Source of the DNA: a bacterium
GTDB taxonomy: Bacteria; Patescibacteriota; Microgenomatia; UBA1406; GWC2-37-13
Direction of reading: 5' to 3'
NCBI GenBank assembly: GCA_043821785.1
Contig: JBDRCK010000037.1
Span: forward strand, 17,820-81,819
Length of the DNA: 64,000 nt
The position numbers and the translations under genes are program-made. Below, piece by piece: positions 17,316 through 27,210 of the stretch (the first letter of the stretch is position 1; each line of letters starts with the position of its first letter). Below the pieces are notes generated by a model. It searched no databases. It was given only the letters and a program-made list of their open reading frames with translations, and was not told where the DNA came from.

Positions 17316-19793
17316 TCAATTTTTAGATATCCTTTTTCTGAAGATGTATCCAACAAAACTTATTAAGATTGATGATATTTTAGCTAACAAAGCCTGCATA
17401 TTTTGTTCTTTTTGTAAGGAACTTTTTTTTATTTTAGTACTATTATCTTTCTTTTGAGATACGCCTAAAATGTTTTTTGGTTCGTTATTTATCTCTTGAA
17501 GTTTTTCTAAAACATTTGGCAATACAATTTCTTGATTTTCATTCAAATCGCTTTCGGAACTATCTGAATTTGTATTTTCAGTTGAATAATAATTATTTAC
17601 TATTGCTGGAGTAATTGTTACATTTACAGCGGTATAAATTGATTTAGCATTTTGACTATTGAAATCTATTTCAAAATAATCAATTTGATTAGTTGGAGGA
17701 TTTTCGAGAATCTCTCCAAATATATTCTCCCATATTTCATTATTTTGAGATATTTGACCAATCAAGATAGTATATTTGCCATAATCTTTCCCTTGAGCCT
17801 TTAATTTATATTTTCCTGAAGTAGCATTTGGTATAAATATAAGGCCGTTGTTTTCGAAATAAACCTTATCGTTAAAACTTGCTTCAATAGTTGCAGGAGA
17901 TTTCATTATAAATATAAGAGAAGGATTGACTATAGTTTTCTCTCCTTCCACGATATCTTCGTCTTTATAATTAAAATTAAGTAAATCGAATATTTTTTTT
18001 ATAGAATTTTTTTTATAAATCAGTTCTTCGTGATCTCCATTTATTTTGTATGAATTATTCCCTACATTTGTACTTAACGCTAGCAAATTCTTATCACCTA
18101 CATCATATATTTTTTCTAAAGGGTAACCGTCAGGGTAATAAGAAAACAATTTTTCTATTTGGTTAGGTTCTGTTACATTAAAACCAAAAAGGCTTTGTTC
18201 ACTATCGCTATATAAAGATAATAACTTGTCAGATATTAAAGTTATATCTTCATATTTATTTAATAAAGTATTTTTAATATTGAGGTTTTTGTAATCAATT
18301 AATAAGCCATTACTATCTTTCAAAAAGTCGTAAACTGGAAAGATATCAAGTAAAGAAGGAAATAAAGTTGTTACAACATCTCTATCTGATTGAGTTAAAT
18401 CTTTATTAAGGTTAATGATTAAGTTTTGACTTAAAGTTAATAATTCATTAGATTGTTCAATAACTCCAGCTTCTAATGCTTTGTAAACCTGTGCAGTTCC
18501 TTTATGTGGAGAGCCGACTGTTAATAATTTCGAAATTTTATCTGGGTTATTTTGTAGATATATTCTTCCGATTAATCCTCCAAATGAATGCCCTATGATA
18601 AATATATCAGGATTTTGATTAACAGAATAGATTTTTTTATTAATAAAATTATTTAAATCTTCTTGTAAATTTTCTACTGATTTTCTCCAATCGTATGCAA
18701 AAATAAATATTTTTTCATTTTTTTTAAATCCTATATTTTCAAAAGTTTTGATAATTCCACTATATTCTTTTATAAAATCTAAAATTTGCCAGTCAGAATA
18801 TAAGCTTTGATCGTTATAAACCATTGCGTTATGATTCCATGATGTCATAAAACCAGGTATTAATACTACAAACTTTTCTTTAATTATCGGAATATCTGTA
18901 TTTGCAATATTTAAAGTCCAATTTAAAGACTCACTTAACCCACTATAAATTAAATATGTTACGTTATTTATATTTATTAGGGATGGGTCTGTTATTGCTT
19001 TAAAATCGTAGCTTTGATCTTTAAATAGAACATCTTGTCTATTTTGCCAGTTTGACGAACAAGATAAAGAATCTGAAGTTTCAACAAAAGATAGTTTAGA
19101 TGCCGAGCTGTCATGAAAATGTAACTTGTATTTATCGGGTTCTTTAAATATATGAGGACCAGAAGCGGATGTTACTATTGGATTATTATCACATTTAGTC
19201 CAAGAGACGCTATCATCAGATATTGCAAGACCAATTTGCCATTTTGATCCATACCATCCAGTGTAAAATAAATAATATTTTGAGTTTTCAAATATAACAG
19301 TAGGAGCGGATACAGCTTTTTGCTCCCATGTCTTATCAGAATTTATTATTTCGGTTATTATTCCAAAATTAATCCCGTCAATTGATTCAGCTCTTAATAT
19401 CTTATAATCTGTTCCATTTTTAGAAACGGCGAAAAAAAGAACATATTTATCATTTATTTTAAGTACTTGCGGATCGTGAAAATCGTATTCTTGATCATAG
19501 TTTAAATCAATGATTTCTTTTGTTTTAAAGTTAAATAGATTGTCTGATTCTGCATAAGCTATTTTAAATTTTTGATCCATAGAAATGCTTGCATACCAAA
19601 GTTTATATACGTCATTTTCAAATAAAAGTGATGATTGTCTTTGACCAATTTCATTAAAGCCAAGACCTTCACTAGAAAACTTTATGGGATTATTTTCATT
19701 TTTTATTAAATTATCTGAAGCATTTATATTTATGGGTACTGCAAGAGCTATGAATAATAAAAAAATTAAATATAGGATGACCTTTAATTTCAT
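17316..19793 (-). CDS. Secreted multidomain protein: beta-propeller glycoside-hydrolase-like N-terminal half, alpha/beta-hydrolase (lipase/PGAP1/LCAT-like) domain, and C-terminal TM anchor
   Basis: Signal peptide MKLKVILYLIFLLFIALAVP. Repeated propeller-blade patterns (DPQVLKINDKYVLFFAVS, YYLFYTGWYGSKWQIGLAISDD). GHSFGGLIGR nucleophile elbow. C-terminal ILISFVGYIFRKRISKN. Confidence 0.55.
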   Translation of the reverse strand: MKLKVILYLIFLLFIALAVPININASDNLIKNENNPIKFSSEGLGFNEIGQRQSSLLFENDVYKLWYASISMDQKFKIAYAESDNLFNFKTKEIIDLNYDQEYDFHDPQVLKINDKYVLFFAVSKNGTDYKILRAESIDGINFGIITEIINSDKTWEQKAVSAPTVIFENSKYYLFYTGWYGSKWQIGLAISDDSVSWTKCDNNPIVTSASGPHIFKEPDKYKLHFHDSSASKLSFVETSDSLSCSSNWQNRQDVLFKDQSYDFKAITDPSLININNVTYLIYSGLSESLNWTLNIANTDIPIIKEKFVVLIPGFMTSWNHNAMVYNDQSLYSDWQILDFIKEYSGIIKTFENIGFKKNEKIFIFAYDWRKSVENLQEDLNNFINKKIYSVNQNPDIFIIGHSFGGLIGRIYLQNNPDKISKLLTVGSPHKGTAQVYKALEAGVIEQSNELLTLSQNLIINLNKDLTQSDRDVVTTLFPSLLDIFPVYDFLKDSNGLLIDYKNLNIKNTLLNKYEDITLISDKLLSLYSDSEQSLFGFNVTEPNQIEKLFSYYPDGYPLEKIYDVGDKNLLALSTNVGNNSYKINGDHEELIYKKNSIKKIFDLLNFNYKDEDIVEGEKTIVNPSLIFIMKSPATIEASFNDKVYFENNGLIFIPNATSGKYKLKAQGKDYGKYTILIGQISQNNEIWENIFGEILENPPTNQIDYFEIDFNSQNAKSIYTAVNVTITPAIVNNYYSTENTNSDSSESDLNENQEIVLPNVLEKLQEINNEPKNILGVSQKKDNSTKIKKSSLQKEQNMQALLAKISSILISFVGYIFRKRISKN

Positions 19794-19848
19794 TAATAAT
19801 CATAATAATTACGTATAAAACAATAACAACGGATTATAATCTACAAAT

Positions 19849-20772
19849 TCATGTAGTTTTCCTTATATAAAGCTGTAAAAAGGTTCCTTTATTATTAATT
19901 TTAGTTGTTAATGATATTATAGGACCAATTATTTTATGAAAAATAAAATAAAACACAACTTTTTTAATCATTATAAATGAGGACTTTTGACCACGATCGT
20001 GTATCAAAGATGTCATGTTTTTATGTCTATGGAGTTTGTTTTTATTAAAATTAGGTATTAAAAAAGTTTTTAGAATTTTAACTGAATGTTCAACATAACT
20101 ATAACTTGAAATTTTTACTATTTTTGAATTATTTAAATTGTATATTATCTTAAAAAATGAATATTTTGAAAATATAAATAGATGTTCAGGAGGGGTAAGA
20201 AATGTGTATTTATGTTGTTCAGCTTTAAAAAGAAAACTATTAAGATTTGGTGTCTCTATAAATAACATTCCGTTTTTATTTAACAATAATAAAGTTTTCT
20301 TTATTAGATCTGCTGGGTCTTGAATATGTTCGATTACGTGAATAAGAGTAATAACATCAAATTTAGAGTTTTTATTTTGTTTAAAATATTTATTAAACGA
20401 TAAGTTTAAAACTTTTATGGGATATTTTTTAACAGAGTTTTTATAAAGATTTAATGAAGGTTCTATTCCTATTACTTTAATCGAGTTTTTAGCGATATTC
20501 AAAAAAGTTCCGTAACCCGAACCTATGTCAAGTAAAGAATCGTGTTTTTTGGTTATTTTTTTAATATAATTTAAGATAGATTTATAATTAGTAGTCAATC
20601 TTCTTTCGGAGGTTTTATTAACGATATGTTTAAAATTTTTAGAATAACTTATATTTTTATCTTGCATAATAAGTTGTATAGTTAAGCACTTATTGCATAT
20701 AAAATATTTATACTTTTTTATAACTGTATAAAAATGAAGCAGAGAATTATCACAAATTTTACATTTATTCAT
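19849..20772 (-). CDS. Class I SAM-dependent methyltransferase with N-terminal Cys4 zinc ribbon
   Basis: CKICDNS..CNKC ribbon and LLDIGSGYGTF motif I. The ATG at 20772 is preferred over the listed TTG at 20778. Confidence 0.75.
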   Translation of the reverse strand: MNKCKICDNSLLHFYTVIKKYKYFICNKCLTIQLIMQDKNISYSKNFKHIVNKTSERRLTTNYKSILNYIKKITKKHDSLLDIGSGYGTFLNIAKNSIKVIGIEPSLNLYKNSVKKYPIKVLNLSFNKYFKQNKNSKFDVITLIHVIEHIQDPADLIKKTLLLLNKNGMLFIETPNLNSFLFKAEQHKYTFLTPPEHLFIFSKYSFFKIIYNLNNSKIVKISSYSYVEHSVKILKTFLIPNFNKNKLHRHKNMTSLIHDRGQKSSFIMIKKVVFYFIFHKIIGPIISLTTKINNKGTFLQLYIRKTT

Positions 20773-20843
20773 ACTCAAAAATATGAACTTTTAGATTTTA
20801 ATTCTAGGGATTATAAGCGACAAAATTGAGGGTTTGGATTATT

Positions 20844-21725
20844 ATGACAGAAAAAAGTAAGCGATATTGCATAATTTGCGGAAAAAGGGCATTTAAGCTC
20901 ATTAAATCAATTGGTGACTACAAGATATTTGAGTGTGAAAACTGTCAGATAGCCTATACTGACTCATCAAAAGTACCTGTAAGGGAAAGAAGAGAGCAAA
21001 TAAATATTTTATACAGCCTTCCTGAGTATAAAAAAAATATTAAGAAACATAGTAAGAAATTCCTTAGAATTTTAAAAATAATAAAAAAATATAAAAAGAA
21101 AGGTAAATTACTTGATGCAGGAGGAGGTTTTGGTTTATTTTCAAAATTAGCCTTAGAAAACTCAAAGTTTCATGTTGAAATCATTGAGCCATATCTTGAG
21201 CCTTACTATGTAGGAATTGAAGATATAAAAAGCCACAGAGTCAAACTAGAGAACTTTTTAATTACTACAAAGAGAAAATATGACGTAGTTACACTGCTTG
21301 ATGTGCTTGAACATTTTGAAGATCCAGATCAAATTATTGAAAATTTAAAAAATATTCTAAGTGAAAAAGGACTAGTAGTATTAGCGCTTCCAAATTATAA
21401 AAGCCTTATGGCGTATTTTAGTAAAAATTGGGCTTGGTGGATGGTAGAAGATCATAAATATCACTTTTCATCCAAGTCTCTTGATAGTTTAATGAATAAA
21501 CATAATTTTAATAAAAAACTAACCACAACGTATGAATCAAGCAAAGATCTTAAAAAAAATTTGGAGGGTAATTTCGAAGATTTGACTAACTTTATTAGGA
21601 AACTAACTAAACTCTTTTTTTTACTGCCTTTTATGTTTATTTATAATATACTTAAGCCAATTCTTTGGAGGCTTAAACTAGGTGGTTTGACAATAGGCGT
21701 TTACGTAAAAAATGAAAAAAATTAA
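20844..21725 (+). CDS. Class I SAM-dependent methyltransferase with N-terminal Cys4 zinc ribbon (paralogue, divergently transcribed)
   Basis: CIICGKRAF..CENCQ ribbon, LLDAGGGFGLF motif I, DVVTLLDVLEHFEDP. The ATG at 20844 is preferred over the listed TTG at 20826. Confidence 0.75.
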   Translation: MTEKSKRYCIICGKRAFKLIKSIGDYKIFECENCQIAYTDSSKVPVRERREQINILYSLPEYKKNIKKHSKKFLRILKIIKKYKKKGKLLDAGGGFGLFSKLALENSKFHVEIIEPYLEPYYVGIEDIKSHRVKLENFLITTKRKYDVVTLLDVLEHFEDPDQIIENLKNILSEKGLVVLALPNYKSLMAYFSKNWAWWMVEDHKYHFSSKSLDSLMNKHNFNKKLTTTYESSKDLKKNLEGNFEDLTNFIRKLTKLFFLLPFMFIYNILKPILWRLKLGGLTIGVYVKNEKN

Positions 21726-22467
21726 ATTAAGTGTTTTAATCCTTACAAAAAATAATGAAGAAACTTTACAACGCACGTTAGATTCTATAAAAATAAAACA
21801 AAGCGAGATAATTATTGTAGACAGCAATTCTAAAGACAACACTCTTTTAATTGCAAAAAAGCATACAATTAAAATATTTAATTATTCTGATACTAACTTA
21901 GGTAAAAAAAGACAATTTGCATTAAGTAAAGCAAAAGGAGATTGGGTTTTAATACTAGATGCTGACGAAGAACTCACGAAAAAATTATTAAAAGAAATCT
22001 CAAAAATAATAAATTTAGTTTCAAAGTATGACGCTTACTATATAGATTTTAATAATCATCTTTTTGGAAAAAGGTTAAAATATGGAGGAGAAAATTATTC
22101 GATGTTAAGACTTATAAAAAGGAATTTCGCGTTTATAAAGCCTGATTTTGTTCATGAAAAATATTTGACAACATCGAAAAGAATAGGTAAGCTAAAAGGA
22201 AAAATTAACCATTATTCATACAGGTCAATCTTCCAAATTTATTCAAAGTTTACGGATTATGCTCTAAAGGAAGCAAAACAAAAAGTAAAAAACAAAGAAA
22301 AGACCTCTTTTAAAAAAATATTCATGTATCCCGTTCATATGTTTTGGGCAAGATTTATTAAAGATAAGGGCTATAAAGATGGATTTTTTAGAATTTCACT
22401 TGATTTGGGATTTGCATATATGGAAATGCTTACATATATAGCGTTATTATTTATTAAGAAAAAATGA
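21712..22467 (+). CDS. Family 2 glycosyltransferase
   Basis: LSVLILTKNNEETLQRTLDS, VDSNSKDNT and LDADEE (DxD) motifs. Confidence 0.8.
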   Translation: MKKIKLSVLILTKNNEETLQRTLDSIKIKQSEIIIVDSNSKDNTLLIAKKHTIKIFNYSDTNLGKKRQFALSKAKGDWVLILDADEELTKKLLKEISKIINLVSKYDAYYIDFNNHLFGKRLKYGGENYSMLRLIKRNFAFIKPDFVHEKYLTTSKRIGKLKGKINHYSYRSIFQIYSKFTDYALKEAKQKVKNKEKTSFKKIFMYPVHMFWARFIKDKGYKDGFFRISLDLGFAYMEMLTYIALLFIKKK

Positions 22468-24383
22468 GATCAGTTTTTATAGCAGTTCTCTATAAAACTC
22501 CTAAAAAGGAGATTGAAAGAATTAAAAATGAATTCAAATCCTTAAATCTTGTTAAAAGCAAATTAATATTTATAGATAATACGTTTGATAATAAAGGTTA
22601 TGCGGCTGCAGTAAATAAAGGTATTAAATTAGCAAGCAAATTTAAACCTAATGTTTACGTTGTGTTAAATGATGACATATCTTTCAAAAATTTAGTTAAT
22701 AAAAAAATATTTGAAGCTTATAAGTACTTTGATATCTGGAGTTTTTCGTTTGAACAAGGAAAGAAAAAATACTATGGTGGAAAGCTCGACAAATTAAGAT
22801 TAAGTGGAGGTTTAATTTGCAATAAACCAAAGAAAAATTTTTATGATGTAGATTTTGTGTCAGGATCTTTTATGTTTATTAAAAAAGAAGTAATAGATAA
22901 TATCGGTTATTTTGATGAGTCATATTTTTTATATTATGAAGAAGTAGATTATTGTAAAAGAGCTCGCAATTTTGGATTTAAAATAGGAGTAGATAGGTCT
23001 ATATCATATAAACATGAACTTTTTATTGTTAAAAATAGAAGCGAATTAAAGGATTATTTTCTTAAAAAAAATAGACTTAAATATTTACTAAAATACGGAT
23101 CTTTTAAGCAGAAATTGTACGAACTTGTTCGATTACCTAAAACTTTAATTGAAAATAAAGACAGTTTATCGTTTAATTTTTTAAGTTTAAATTTTTCATC
23201 ATTAATTAATAGATTTATTAATTTTCTTTTATTTCTTTTTTTAATTCGTATACTTTCAATAGAGAATTATGGTATATATACTTTAGTTTGGGCTCATATT
23301 AATATCTTTTCTCCAATTGCGGATTTTGGTACTACTACATATGGAATTGTAAAACTACCTGTTGAAGCTAAAGAGAAATATAATTACTTTTATTCTTTAA
23401 GATTATTTACAGGAATAATAGCTGTAGTCACAACAGTTTTGTTTGCATTTATTTTGAAATTAAATATTTTTGTAGTAATGTTAATCATTCTTACTTCTCC
23501 AACTATCATATCTAATTCATTATCCGGTTCGTATTTAATTATATTATCTTTAAAAAATAAGCAATATAAAAGTTCTATAGTTTCAATAATATTTAATCTT
23601 ATTTTATTTATCGTATCGATATCAGTATTACTAATAACTCATTCTATAATTTATTTATTTATCTCAATTTTTTTCCTTTATTCAATTTACGCTATTTTTA
23701 ATTATTACTTGTCTAAATTAGAGTTTCCCAAGTTTAAGCTTAAATTTAATTTTTCGTTAATGTCAAAAATTGCTAAAAAGTCATTTATATATATTTTAAT
23801 CAGTTTATTTGCAGGATTATATTTTAAACTCGATATTTATCTTTTAGCTTTTCTAAAGAATACAGAAGCTGTGGGTATTTATTCTGCTGGGTATAAATTT
23901 TTTGAGGCATTAATTTTTATAGCTGCTAGTTATAGTATTTCATCGCTTCCCACAATTTCAAAGCTATATAGATCGAGTAAAGATATTTTTATAAATAAAT
24001 TAAAAAATGATTTTATATTATTATTTAGTTCTGGGGCATTTATAGCTATAATCGGTTTTATACTTGCGCCTGCAATTCTTTCTTTATTTTTGCACAATTC
24101 TTACACTCAATCGATTACAGTTTTTAAAATTGTTATTTTCGCACTACCTGTTATTTTTGGTACAACCGTACTTCTAAATGGTTTATACATTTTAAATAAG
24201 GCCTATTTAGTGGTTTATATATTTATGTTTCAAGTAGCTTTAAACTTTATACTTAATTATATATACATACCTCAGTATTCATTCATAGCTTCTTCCTTTA
24301 TAACACTTATAAGTGAGATATTAGTTATGGTTCTTGCCTTATTATTATTTATTAAAGTTTTTAACTATGAAAATAGGAATTGA
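22464..24383 (+). CDS. Fusion protein: N-terminal GT2 (rhamnosyltransferase-like) domain plus C-terminal Wzx/MOP-family polysaccharide flippase domain
   Basis: aa 1-215: NKGYAAAVNKG, LNDD, SGSFMFIKKEV..FDESYFLYYEEVDYCKRA. aa 235-639: about 12 TM segments with an LINRFINFLLFLFLIRILS..YGIY start typical of Polysacc_synt flippases. No internal stop. Confidence 0.7.
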   Translation: MRSVFIAVLYKTPKKEIERIKNEFKSLNLVKSKLIFIDNTFDNKGYAAAVNKGIKLASKFKPNVYVVLNDDISFKNLVNKKIFEAYKYFDIWSFSFEQGKKKYYGGKLDKLRLSGGLICNKPKKNFYDVDFVSGSFMFIKKEVIDNIGYFDESYFLYYEEVDYCKRARNFGFKIGVDRSISYKHELFIVKNRSELKDYFLKKNRLKYLLKYGSFKQKLYELVRLPKTLIENKDSLSFNFLSLNFSSLINRFINFLLFLFLIRILSIENYGIYTLVWAHINIFSPIADFGTTTYGIVKLPVEAKEKYNYFYSLRLFTGIIAVVTTVLFAFILKLNIFVVMLIILTSPTIISNSLSGSYLIILSLKNKQYKSSIVSIIFNLILFIVSISVLLITHSIIYLFISIFFLYSIYAIFNYYLSKLEFPKFKLKFNFSLMSKIAKKSFIYILISLFAGLYFKLDIYLLAFLKNTEAVGIYSAGYKFFEALIFIAASYSISSLPTISKLYRSSKDIFINKLKNDFILLFSSGAFIAIIGFILAPAILSLFLHNSYTQSITVFKIVIFALPVIFGTTVLLNGLYILNKAYLVVYIFMFQVALNFILNYIYIPQYSFIASSFITLISEILVMVLALLLFIKVFNYENRN

Positions 24384-25365
24384 TTCGGGTTCTTTTTGCG
24401 GTCCAAAGGTAGGAAATTATATCTTTACTGAAAATTTAATAAAAGCAATAGAAAAATATGACAAAAAAAACAATTATTACTTATATTCTTTTTGTTCTAA
24501 ACCTAAAAATCTTCACACGGCGAAAAATTTAACATATAAAAAACTTGTTCCAAATATAAATTGGATAAATTGGGCAGTAAGATTTGAGGAATATAATAAT
24601 AAAAAAAATCTATTTTTAGGCTTGAATCAAGCTTTCCCAAAATCTTCTTCCAAGAAGATATTATTTTCACACGGATTATCATTTCTTTTTTTTAAGCATT
24701 TTTATAAAGATTCGTATGAAAAAATGTATCTTCAATTAAAAAGTATGATTAAGCTTTCAGATTATTTAGTAGTAAGTTCAATTAAAGTTAAAAAAGAACT
24801 AGAAAATTTATCTAGATCTAAAAATAAAATTAAAGTAATAAAATTTGGTATTCCTTTTGATTTTCAATCTAACAACTCTATTAAAAAACAAAAGTATTTT
24901 TTAAACGTAGGAATGAATCACCCAATAAAAAATGTTTCTTATATTGTAGATTGTTTTAAAAAGTTTAATCTAAATAATAAAAATATATATAAACTTTATC
25001 TTATATCTAATAAAAGATATCCAAATATTAAAGATAAAAAAATAATCCAGATCTCAAATATTACTAGATATAGGTTAAAAAAACTATATCAGGGAGCTTT
25101 AGTCTACTTATCCCCATCTCTATATGAAAGCTTTAATTTCCCAGTATTAGAGGCTTTATCACAAAAGACTCCCGTTATAGCATTAAAAAGCTCAATAATC
25201 CCAGAGTTGGCAAAATACGTTGATATAGTGACGTCGAAAAAAGATTTTATTAAAAAAATGGCTGATTCTATAAATAAAAAACCCTGTATCGACCAAGTTT
25301 CATTAAAGCGTGATTTTTCCTGGAAAAAATATATGTCTGAGCTTAAAAAATTATATAGATTATGA
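24367..25365 (+). CDS. Family 4 (GT-B) glycosyltransferase
   Basis: MKIGIDSGS start at the ATG at 24367; C-terminal SLYESFNFPVLEALSQKTPVIA (EX7E-type motif). Confidence 0.75.
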   Translation: MKIGIDSGSFCGPKVGNYIFTENLIKAIEKYDKKNNYYLYSFCSKPKNLHTAKNLTYKKLVPNINWINWAVRFEEYNNKKNLFLGLNQAFPKSSSKKILFSHGLSFLFFKHFYKDSYEKMYLQLKSMIKLSDYLVVSSIKVKKELENLSRSKNKIKVIKFGIPFDFQSNNSIKKQKYFLNVGMNHPIKNVSYIVDCFKKFNLNNKNIYKLYLISNKRYPNIKDKKIIQISNITRYRLKKLYQGALVYLSPSLYESFNFPVLEALSQKTPVIALKSSIIPELAKYVDIVTSKKDFIKKMADSINKKPCIDQVSLKRDFSWKKYMSELKKLYRL

Positions 25366-26453
25366 TAAACGTAGCATTTGTAAGGGGGGCATTTTTGAAT
25401 GAATACGAATGGCAGAATTATGACATAAGAAATAAAAAACTATCTGTTATTCCAATTTCTTCCAATAAGCCTTTAAGTACTATTAAAAATAGCATAAAAC
25501 AATTCAGTTTAACGGATATTAGTAATTCAAAAGTTGTAAGATTCATAGCAAATCGTACTATTGGAGATTCACAAATCCTTTTTGGTTTAAAAAAAATACT
25601 AAATAATTTTGATTTAATTCATACGGGTGACCCACACTATTATTATTCATATCAAGCTGCTAGATTTAAAAATAAACAGCCATTAATCTCAACTTATTGG
25701 GAAACAATTCCATTTAATAATGAATCAACAAAGCGGAAAAAAATAATTAAAAAACACGTTCAAAATAAAACGAATATTTTTATCTGCCATACTCAAAAAG
25801 CTAAAAAAAGTTTAATAACAGAAGGTTTTAAAAATAAAAGAATTGAAGTTGTTCCTTTAGGAGTAGACTTGACTCGTTTTAAACCCATCAAAGTTAAAAA
25901 TAGAAAACACAAAACTATATTGTTTGTTGGTCGATTAGTTAAGGAAAAAGGGATTTTAGATCTTTATTCAGCTTTTAAAATATGTTTAGCAAATAATAAG
26001 GATTTAAAACTATCTATTATTGGAGATGGACCTTTGAAAAAAACATTAGCATCAAAAATTAAAAAAGACCATTTAGAATTTTATATAAATATAAAATCTC
26101 AAGAGTATAGTTTCATTCATAATGATTATCAGTCAGCAGACATATTTGTTCTTCCTTCTAAAAAAACAAAGACTTGGGAAGAGCAATATGGTATGGTTTT
26201 GATAGAAGCTCTAGCTTCAGGGCTATCAATCATAGCTTACAACTCTGGAGCAATAAGCGAAGTTTTAGATACTAATGGAATTCTTGTTAAAGAGGGAAAT
26301 GTTAATGACTTATCGTTACAAATAGCTAGATTAATAAATAATGATAATAAAATGTATAAATTAAAGGTAAATGGTAGAAAGTACGCAGAAAAAAGGTACA
26401 ATTGTATTAATTATCAAAAAACTATATCTAAAATTTATAGTAATTTAATATGA
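25362..26453 (+). CDS. Family 4 (GT-B) glycosyltransferase
   Basis: FVGRLVKEKG and EEQYGMVLIEALASGLSIIA motifs. Confidence 0.8.
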   Translation: MINVAFVRGAFLNEYEWQNYDIRNKKLSVIPISSNKPLSTIKNSIKQFSLTDISNSKVVRFIANRTIGDSQILFGLKKILNNFDLIHTGDPHYYYSYQAARFKNKQPLISTYWETIPFNNESTKRKKIIKKHVQNKTNIFICHTQKAKKSLITEGFKNKRIEVVPLGVDLTRFKPIKVKNRKHKTILFVGRLVKEKGILDLYSAFKICLANNKDLKLSIIGDGPLKKTLASKIKKDHLEFYINIKSQEYSFIHNDYQSADIFVLPSKKTKTWEEQYGMVLIEALASGLSIIAYNSGAISEVLDTNGILVKEGNVNDLSLQIARLINNDNKMYKLKVNGRKYAEKRYNCINYQKTISKIYSNLI

Positions 26454-27208
26454 AATTATCCGTAGTTATTTTAACTAAAGACAACGAAAAAAATATTGAA
26501 AGTGCTCTTAAATCAGCTTCATTTGCAGAGGAAATTATTATATTAGACGATAACTCTCAAGATGAAACAAAAGATATCGCTAGGAAATATGAGGCAACGG
26601 TAATTCAAAGGTCGTTAAACGAAGATTTTGCTCAACAAAGAAATTATGGTTTAAAAAAAGCAATAGGGGATTGGATTCTATTTCTTGATGCAGACGAAGT
26701 AATTACGAACGAATTACAAAAAGAAATAGTTAGCACAATTAAAAAAAATAACAAAATATTGGGTTACTACATTAAACGACGTGATATATTTTGGGGTAGA
26801 GTATTAAAGCATGGAGAGGTTAAAAAAACTTATAGAGAAGGAATAATAAGATTTTTCAAAAAGAATTCTGGTTTATGGGAACGCCCTGTCCATGAAGCAT
26901 TTGTTCATAAAGGTTATTTTGGACAACTTTCAGGGTTTATTGAACATTACTCACATAACGGGATTAAAGATTTTATTAGAAATATAAATTTTTATAGTAC
27001 TATACGTGCAAAAGAATTAGCTAACTTAAATACAAAATCAAATATTTTGCAAATATTTTTTTTCCCAACAGCAAAATTTATACTTAACTATATATTTAGA
27101 TTAGGTTTTCTAGATGGAGTTGAAGGTTTCGTGTATGCCTTTATGATGTCCTTCCATTCTTTTTTAGTTAAAGCAAAACTTTATCAATACAACAACTTAT
27201 CTAAATAA
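26450..27208 (+). CDS. Family 2 glycosyltransferase
   Basis: LSVVILTKDNEKNIESAL, LDDNSQDET and LDADE; paralogue of the gene at 21712-22467. Confidence 0.8.
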   Translation: MKLSVVILTKDNEKNIESALKSASFAEEIIILDDNSQDETKDIARKYEATVIQRSLNEDFAQQRNYGLKKAIGDWILFLDADEVITNELQKEIVSTIKKNNKILGYYIKRRDIFWGRVLKHGEVKKTYREGIIRFFKKNSGLWERPVHEAFVHKGYFGQLSGFIEHYSHNGIKDFIRNINFYSTIRAKELANLNTKSNILQIFFFPTAKFILNYIFRLGFLDGVEGFVYAFMMSFHSFLVKAKLYQYNNLSK

Positions 27209-27210
27209 GA

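Noticed and set aside
17242-17457. 71-aa ORF on the plus strand downstream of the 177-aa orphan gene
   Set aside because: It overlaps the 3' end of the 825-aa minus-strand gene and of the upstream ORF, and the peptide is hydrophobic and low-complexity with no start context. It is probably spurious.
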